Source of the DNA: Myxococcota bacterium
GTDB taxonomy: Bacteria; Myxococcota_A; UBA9160; SMWR01
Direction of reading: 5' to 3'
Assembly (NCBI GenBank): GCA_036482635.1
Contig: JAZFWH010000281.1
Coordinates: 1-48,216 of the forward strand
Length of the DNA stretch: 48,216 nt
Shown here: in pieces, positions 42,885 to 48,216 of the stretch
Numbering within the stretch: the first letter of the stretch is position 1
Layout of the letters: the number at the start of each line of letters is the position of its first letter
Notes under the pieces: generated by a model
Databases searched by the model: none
Told to the model about the DNA's origin: nothing
Seen by the model: the letters and a program-made list of their open reading frames with translations, nothing else
Position numbers and translations under genes: made by a program

Positions 42885-44383
42885 ACGGGAATTCCGCAGA
42901 AGTGGGACCCCTCGGTGCAGCGGGGTCGGGCCAGGCCGGTCCTCACGAAGCACGGCGGGCCCACGTGGCGCACGAGCTGGGGATGGACGGCCCGCACCTG
43001 CTCGAGCTCGTCCATGGACGCCTGCCAGATCTCGCGCTGGGCGTTCAGGCAGGTTCGCATGACCCACTTGTGGTGCAGGTCGAGGAGCGTGCCCGACTCC
43101 TCGAAGCGCACGGCCAGGGCGTTCGGCAGCACGTAGAGCGCCAGCTCCGGCTCGACACCGCTCTGGAGCAGGCGGGCGCGCGCATCCCAGGCCGCCTCGA
43201 CCGCCTCCGTGAACAGCGCGTGACACTCCGGGTCCTCCCGGATCAACTCGGGCTCCACGACGTCGACGTAGGCCGGCGTCGTGCGGGTGAGCAGTGGCCG
43301 CGAGCCCGGCACCGTGCGGTGGCGCTGGTCCTGCGAATCCGCGGTGTGCGAGAGCTTCTTGCGGAAGGTGTAGTGCGCGTGGGCGAGCGCGCGCATCAGC
43401 GGCGCGTGTGCCGAAACGTTGAGGGCGCCCAGCAGATAGCGGTTCTTGGCCGGGTCGAGGGCCAGTTCGAGCGCCGCCTCTCCGTCCAGGTCCGGCCGGC
43501 CCAGCACGTGCCGGATCGCGTCGGCGACCACCTCCGGGGCGCGCGCGCCGTAGTCCACCAGCCGGGAGCTGCGTCCCCCGAGCGATTTGTCGAAGGCCTC
43601 GGCGGCCTCCCCGTCGCCCACGCCCGGCGCCGCCAGCTCGCGCTCGACGACTTCGTCCGCCTCGAGCGGCGCCTCTCCCACCTCGCGGAAGAAGGCCGGA
43701 TCCACCCGCTCGACGGCCGCCAGCATGCGGCCCACGACGTCCACGGCTTCGCTCGCCGCGTCGCTGGCTCGCGCCATGCGGCGCAGCCGGTGCAGCACGA
43801 TTCCGGAGATCGTGTAGACCATGGCGGTGTGGCAGGCGATCGGGATCACGTAGCGAGCCGTCTCGATCGCCTTCTTCTCCGCTTCGCGCGCCACGTTCTT
43901 GCCGAAGGCGGTCGACTTCCTGTCCGGGAGCCGCCACAGCTCGGAGAGAATCCCCAGGGTCAGCGGCGTGAGGCGCGCCGTCAGCTCCCGGTACGCGCGC
44001 CAGGCGCCCTCGACGGCCGACTCGTAGACCTGGCGGTCCCGGCCCTGCAGCGCCGGGGGCACGTGGGCCGCGACCCGGTCGAGGCGCACGTAGCGCTGGC
44101 TCTGCTGCTCGGTGTTGTAGTAGGGGAACGCGTGCAGGAACGACCACACGAGCTGGCGCGAGATTCCGGAAAGCGCGAACTCGAAGGTGGCGTGCTGGTA
44201 GACCGTGTGGTGCCCGGCCTCGAACGTCAGGGGTCCGATGCGCCGGCGCTGGCCCTCGGTGACTTCGTCGGGCGCGATCACGCGGGGCGAGTAGCAGGTG
44301 CGCGCCGCCGAGATGGCGCCGTCGTAAGGGCGGTCGAACCAATTGCGCAGGCGGACGTCGGGTCCGCCGTCGATCACGGCCAC
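42848..44383 (-). CDS. thyX: FAD-dependent thymidylate synthase, tandem two-domain form
   Basis: Domain 1: AARTCYS, GHHTVYQHATFEF, SR, EQQSQRYV, ARYVIP. Domain 2: HAHYTF, SHTADSQDQRHR, YVLPNA, RTCLNAQREI, GPPC. Confidence 0.85.
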   Translation of the reverse strand: MAVIDGGPDVRLRNWFDRPYDGAISAARTCYSPRVIAPDEVTEGQRRRIGPLTFEAGHHTVYQHATFEFALSGISRQLVWSFLHAFPYYNTEQQSQRYVRLDRVAAHVPPALQGRDRQVYESAVEGAWRAYRELTARLTPLTLGILSELWRLPDRKSTAFGKNVAREAEKKAIETARYVIPIACHTAMVYTISGIVLHRLRRMARASDAASEAVDVVGRMLAAVERVDPAFFREVGEAPLEADEVVERELAAPGVGDGEAAEAFDKSLGGRSSRLVDYGARAPEVVADAIRHVLGRPDLDGEAALELALDPAKNRYLLGALNVSAHAPLMRALAHAHYTFRKKLSHTADSQDQRHRTVPGSRPLLTRTTPAYVDVVEPELIREDPECHALFTEAVEAAWDARARLLQSGVEPELALYVLPNALAVRFEESGTLLDLHHKWVMRTCLNAQREIWQASMDELEQVRAVHPQLVRHVGPPCFVRTGLARPRCTEGSHFCGIPVWRDFPATARSI

Positions 44384-44647
44384 GTGGGCTCCCCGAGGAA
44401 CGTCTGGCGAGGACGCCGGCCCCCCCGTCCCCGAGCTCCAGCTCCGAGGAGCTTAGATGATCGATTCCCCCACCGCCGAAGCGACCGCGGCGGGCCGGCG
44501 TGTGAAAACATTTTCCCATTATGAGCGAAGTGCTGGGACGCGTCGCCCCTCTCCACCCGCCGGGCCAGCCGCCCTGGGGCGGCGGATCCCGCCGAATTCC
44601 CGCAGCTTGCCGCCGATGCTGCGGACCGGTTTCCGGGCCCACGCGTT

Positions 44648-44662
44648 TGGCACACGGTTTGC
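44648..44662 (+). promoter_or_regulatory. sigma54 (-24/-12) promoter
   Basis: TGGCAC-ACGGT-TTGC, an exact TGGCAC-N5-TTGC match, about 55 nt before ATG 44717. A sigma54 activator is encoded two genes downstream. Confidence 0.85.
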
Positions 44663-44716
44663 CGCAGGCACTGAGTGGGTCCGTCTAGGCGAGCGCCGGC
44701 GGGCCGAACGAACCCT

Positions 44717-46696
44717 ATGCCCATACTCTGGATCGTACATCGCGACCCGCGCCGCCGCGCCGCCATCGCGCGCCTGGCGGCAGCTCCCGAGGACACGGTT
44801 CTCGGCGCTCCCGGCGATCCGCTCTTCGACGCGGCGCCCACGCCCGAGGTCGTCCTGCTCGGACCCGCGGGCGACTTCGAGGCGGAGCTCCAGTTCGCCC
44901 ATCGCGCCGCGCCGCGCGCGGGCCGCGCTGCCTGGATCCTGCTGCCCGAGCGCGGGCACCTCGAGGAGGTCGCGCGCCTGTTCGACACGCTCGACGCCGA
45001 CGTCCTGGCCTTCCCCCCGGACCCGGACGTGCTGCGCTCGCGCATTCTCGCCGCGCCGGAGCGCGCGCACCCGCTGCCGCTCTCCCAACGCCCCGCCCGA
45101 GAGGCGCTCAGCGGCCGCTTCGGGCGCTGGTTCGCCGACCTCGAGCTTCCCCAGCTGATGCGCGCGCTCGACCCCGGCCTCGCGGACGTCCCCGTGCTGA
45201 TCCGCGGCGAGCGGGGCACGGGCCGCGGGTTGCTGGCCCACTACCTCCACGCCTTCGGCGGCACCTCGGACGGCGTCCTGATCCATGTCGCCTGCACGCC
45301 CCGCGCCTCGGCCGAGGAGATCCGCGAGGCGCTGCGCGCCGGCGCGCGAACGGAGCGGGCGCACAGCGCCTGCGCAGTCTGGCTCGAGGATGCGGACAGC
45401 CTGGCGGCGCCGGTCCAGCGCCAGCTGCTGCGCTGGATCGAGTTGGCGGCGCCGGAGGGCGCTCTGCCCAGCTATCGCGTGCGCTGGATCGCCACGGCGG
45501 CGGACGAGCCGGGCGGGCCGCTCGACCCGGACCTGCAGCAGGCGCTCTCGGGCATCGCGATCCGCATCCCCCCGCTGCGCGACAGGACGCCGCTGGTCGC
45601 GACGTTCGCCAACGAGACGACGCGAGCCTGGTGCGCAGCCCGAGGGGAGCGGCCGCGTCGCTTCGGCGAGGACGCGATCGCGGTGCTCGAGGAGTATCCG
45701 TGGCCCGGCAACCTGCGCGAGTTCGAGGCCGTGGTGGTCCAGACGCTCCGCGCGGGTTCGGCAGACCCGGTGCGCGCCGCAGACCTCGAGTACGACGGCC
45801 GGGCCTTCGCGCCCCTGAACGCGCTCGAAGTGGGCGCGCTGATCGCCGAGGCGGAGGAAGGCGGCGCGCCGGCCGCCGGCCACCCGCCCCCCGCACCCCC
45901 GCTGTTGGACGCCGAGGCGATGGCCGCCGAGCTCGCTCCCGAGCTGCTGGACCCGGAGGCGATGGAGGCCGCGCTGCTGGAGGAGCCGCCGGGCGCCGAG
46001 CGGTTCGAGCCGACGCCCGCCGCGGAGCCGAGCGTCGGCGACGCCGCGCTGAAGCGCCTGCTGGCCGCGATCGATCACGAGCTGCGCAACCCGCTCTCGA
46101 CGATCCGCACCTTCGCCGAGCTGCTACCCGAGCGCTACCAGGACGCCGAGTTCCGCGGGCGCTTCTCCGAGCTCGTGCTCCAGGCGGTGCAGCGCATCAC
46201 GGGTGTGGTGGAGCGGCTCTCGCAGCTCGCCTCCCTGAGCGAGCCCTCGCGCGAAGCGGTCGACGTGGCGGGCCTGCTCGAGCAGCTCCTCGACGAGCGG
46301 CGCGAGCTCATCCACCGCCGGCGCCTGCTGGTCCTCAAAGAGCTCGACGCGAGCCAGCCCTACGCGCGCGGCGACGCCGAGCAGCTGCGGCTGGCCTTCG
46401 AGGCGCTGCTGCACAAGTGCCTGGACCTGGTGCCCGAGCGCGGCGACGTCTACCTCGCCTCGAAGCACCACCCCAGCGGGCTGCGCGGCGAGCCCTCCGT
46501 CCGGGTCCTGGTGCGCTTCCACGGACCCGCGGCCGAGGGCGCCGGCCCGCGCGTGCCCGGCCTGTCCCCCGCCGATCACGCCGTCGAGTTCGCCGTGGCC
46601 GAGACGATCGTGCGCAGCCAGGGCGGCGTATTCGCCATCGATGCCAGCGAGGGCAACGAGACCGTGATCGTCCTCGACCTCCCCGCCCCCGGCTGA
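44717..46696 (+). CDS. Multidomain protein: pseudo-receiver, degenerate sigma54-activator AAA+, HisKA(DHp), degenerate HATPase
   Basis: VPVLIRGERGTGR, IPPLRDR, YPWPGNLRE (AAA+). IDHELRNPLSTI (H-box). GDAEQLRLAF...IVRSQGG...TVIVLDLP (CA-fold remnants). Confidence 0.82.
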   Translation: MPILWIVHRDPRRRAAIARLAAAPEDTVLGAPGDPLFDAAPTPEVVLLGPAGDFEAELQFAHRAAPRAGRAAWILLPERGHLEEVARLFDTLDADVLAFPPDPDVLRSRILAAPERAHPLPLSQRPAREALSGRFGRWFADLELPQLMRALDPGLADVPVLIRGERGTGRGLLAHYLHAFGGTSDGVLIHVACTPRASAEEIREALRAGARTERAHSACAVWLEDADSLAAPVQRQLLRWIELAAPEGALPSYRVRWIATAADEPGGPLDPDLQQALSGIAIRIPPLRDRTPLVATFANETTRAWCAARGERPRRFGEDAIAVLEEYPWPGNLREFEAVVVQTLRAGSADPVRAADLEYDGRAFAPLNALEVGALIAEAEEGGAPAAGHPPPAPPLLDAEAMAAELAPELLDPEAMEAALLEEPPGAERFEPTPAAEPSVGDAALKRLLAAIDHELRNPLSTIRTFAELLPERYQDAEFRGRFSELVLQAVQRITGVVERLSQLASLSEPSREAVDVAGLLEQLLDERRELIHRRRLLVLKELDASQPYARGDAEQLRLAFEALLHKCLDLVPERGDVYLASKHHPSGLRGEPSVRVLVRFHGPAAEGAGPRVPGLSPADHAVEFAVAETIVRSQGGVFAIDASEGNETVIVLDLPAPG

Positions 46697-46761
46697 TCGC
46701 CGCTCCATCCAGAGCACGAGCGCCGCGGTCGAAGCGCGCGGTTTGGTAAGTTTCCCGTGGG

Positions 46762-48141
46762 ATGATGGCTCGCGTGCTGGTGGTCGACGACGAGCCCGGG
46801 GTGAGGGAATCCCTCCGGATGCTCCTCAAGGGCGACTGCCAGGTCGTCACGGCGGAGAACGTGGAGCAGGCGCGGGCCGCCATCGCCGAGACCCCGCCCG
46901 ACCTGGTGCTGCTGGACATGGTCATGCCCGGCGGCAGCGGCCTCGACCTGCTCGCCGAGCTGTCGGAATGCCCCGATCCCCCGCCCGTGGTGGTGCTCAC
47001 TGCGACCCGCACGGTCTCGTCGGCGGTCGAGGCCATGAAGCGCGGCGCCGCCGACTACGTGACCAAGCCCTTCGAAGTCGACGCGCTGCGCATCAAGGTC
47101 CGCCAGCTCCTGGAGCGGCGCGAGCTCGAGCGCGAAGTGGAGCGACTGCGTGCGAAGGTGGAGGAGCGGGATTGCCTGTGCGGCCTGGTGGGGCGAAGCG
47201 AACGCATGCAGGAGATTTTCCGAACCATCCGCAGGGTCGCGCAATCCCGGGCGACCGTGCTGGTGCTCGGTGAGAGCGGGACGGGCAAGGAGCTGGTCGC
47301 CCGGGCCATCCACGACCTCGGGCCGCGCTGCGAGGGACCGTTTGTCGCCGTCAACTGCGCCGCGATTCCGGACAGCCTGATCGAGAGCGAGCTGTTCGGC
47401 CACGAACGAGGAGCGTTCACCGACGCGGTGGAGCGCCGCATCGGCAAGTTCGAAACGGCTTCGGGCGGTACGCTCTTCCTCGACGAGATCGGTGACCTGG
47501 GCGGGAACGTCCAGGCGAAGTTCCTGCGCGCGCTCCAGGAGCGCTGCATCGAACGGCTGGGCGGCTCGGGTCCCATCGACGTCGACGTGCGGGTGGTTGC
47601 GGCAACCCACCGCGACCTCGAGAGGGAGGTCGCCGCCGGTCGCTTCCGCTCGGACCTGTACTACCGCATCCACGTCGTGCCCCTGGTGCTCCCACCGCTG
47701 TGCGAGCGGCGGGACGACATCCGCCCCCTGGCGCAGGTGTTCCTGGAGCGGATGCGCGCCGAGGCCGGCCGCGGTCCGAAGCGCATCGCGCGCGACGCGC
47801 TGGCGGCTCTGGAGCGCTACCCCTGGCCCGGAAACGTCCGCGAGCTCGAGAACGCCATCGAGCATGCGGTCGCACTCTCCGAGCGGGAGGTGTTGGAGGT
47901 GGCCGACCTGCCCCCGGCCGTGGTGCGCTCCACACGCACGGAGGCGCTGCGCGACGGCGTGCGGGCGGGGCGCCTGGGCCTCGAGCAGGCCGTGGCGGAC
48001 TTCGCCCAGGAGATCCTGCTGGAAACCCTCGAACAGCTGGGTTGGAACCAGACGCGCGCCGCCGAGCAGCTCGGCATCACGCGGCGCTCCCTCAAGCTCA
48101 TGCTGGACCGCTACGGACTGAAGCCCCCCGAGCGAGGCTGA
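46762..48141 (+). CDS. sigma54-dependent response regulator, NtrC/AtoC family (REC-AAA+-Fis HTH)
   Basis: VLVVDDE, LLDMVMP, TKPF. GESGTGKE, ESELFGHERGAFTDA, LFLDEIGD, FRSDLYYR, WPGNVREL. NQTRAAEQLGITR. Confidence 0.96.
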   Translation: MMARVLVVDDEPGVRESLRMLLKGDCQVVTAENVEQARAAIAETPPDLVLLDMVMPGGSGLDLLAELSECPDPPPVVVLTATRTVSSAVEAMKRGAADYVTKPFEVDALRIKVRQLLERRELEREVERLRAKVEERDCLCGLVGRSERMQEIFRTIRRVAQSRATVLVLGESGTGKELVARAIHDLGPRCEGPFVAVNCAAIPDSLIESELFGHERGAFTDAVERRIGKFETASGGTLFLDEIGDLGGNVQAKFLRALQERCIERLGGSGPIDVDVRVVAATHRDLEREVAAGRFRSDLYYRIHVVPLVLPPLCERRDDIRPLAQVFLERMRAEAGRGPKRIARDALAALERYPWPGNVRELENAIEHAVALSEREVLEVADLPPAVVRSTRTEALRDGVRAGRLGLEQAVADFAQEILLETLEQLGWNQTRAAEQLGITRRSLKLMLDRYGLKPPERG

Positions 48142-48150
48142 CCCGGGCGG

Positions 48151-48168
48151 GTGTTCCATCCGGAACAC
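48151..48168. promoter_or_regulatory. Palindromic site, candidate enhancer-binding-protein UAS
   Basis: GTGTTCC-ATCC-GGAACAC, equivalent to TGT-N10-ACA, immediately after the activator gene. Confidence 0.4.
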
Positions 48169-48216
48169 TCTCGAGTTCCACTTCGATTCCAAGGCGTTGC
48201 GTTCACGGAGCGGACC

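Noticed and set aside
41871-44642. 923-aa ORF as a single protein (likewise the extended N-termini of 8667..11114, 5887..7218, 1750..3945, 25536..27230)
   Set aside because: The upstream parts are Arg/Gly/Pro-rich off-frame read-through over real genes. Only the C-terminal parts carry family motifs or plausible starts.
46744-46752. TGgTAAGTT extended -10 just before the activator gene
   Set aside because: No supporting -35 and the match is short. It is possible but not supportable from sequence alone.
47400-47430. GAFTDA instead of GAFTGA in the activator
   Set aside because: A common natural variant that keeps the critical F and T residues; not evidence of inactivity.

Overview
A very GC-rich, gene-dense stretch of core chromosome from a bacterium whose gene order and gene set resemble deltaproteobacteria/Myxococcota (inference). 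From left to right it holds: a partial ECF sigma factor; a divergent FNR-like flavoprotein; a long minus-strand block (selA, HNH, MinD/FlhG-like ATPase, J-like/HTH protein, rluD, pgeF, rho, prfA, prmC, murA, hisD-B-H-A-F, rpsU-dnaG-rpoD); a plus-strand block (Rne/Rng, rplU, rpmA, obg, proB, proA, nadD, rsfS, gpmI, comF); a minus-strand block (tandem thyX, exported protein, GNAT, aminotransferase, M23 peptidase, glutamate-cysteine ligase, YkvA, REC-PAS protein, membrane protein, glutaredoxin-thioredoxin reductase fusion, PAS-DHp-REC protein); and a sigma54-promoter-driven pair of signalling genes. I found no rRNA, tRNA, CRISPR array, transposase or prophage. The most unusual items are: (1) a four-domain protein with degenerate receiver, AAA+ and kinase catalytic domains but an intact H-box, lying upstream of an intact NtrC-type activator and behind a perfect sigma54 promoter; (2) a Grx(CPYC)-TrxR fusion near a glutamate-cysteine ligase and kinase-less signalling proteins; (3) a palindromic-type repeat inserted in frame in rluD, with a related copy at the apparent CTG start of comF; (4) long structured leaders of rho, selA and rne/rng; (5) an uncharacterised pair of a MinD-like ATPase and an HPD-less J/HTH protein. 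All calls are from motif recognition by eye; no searches were run.
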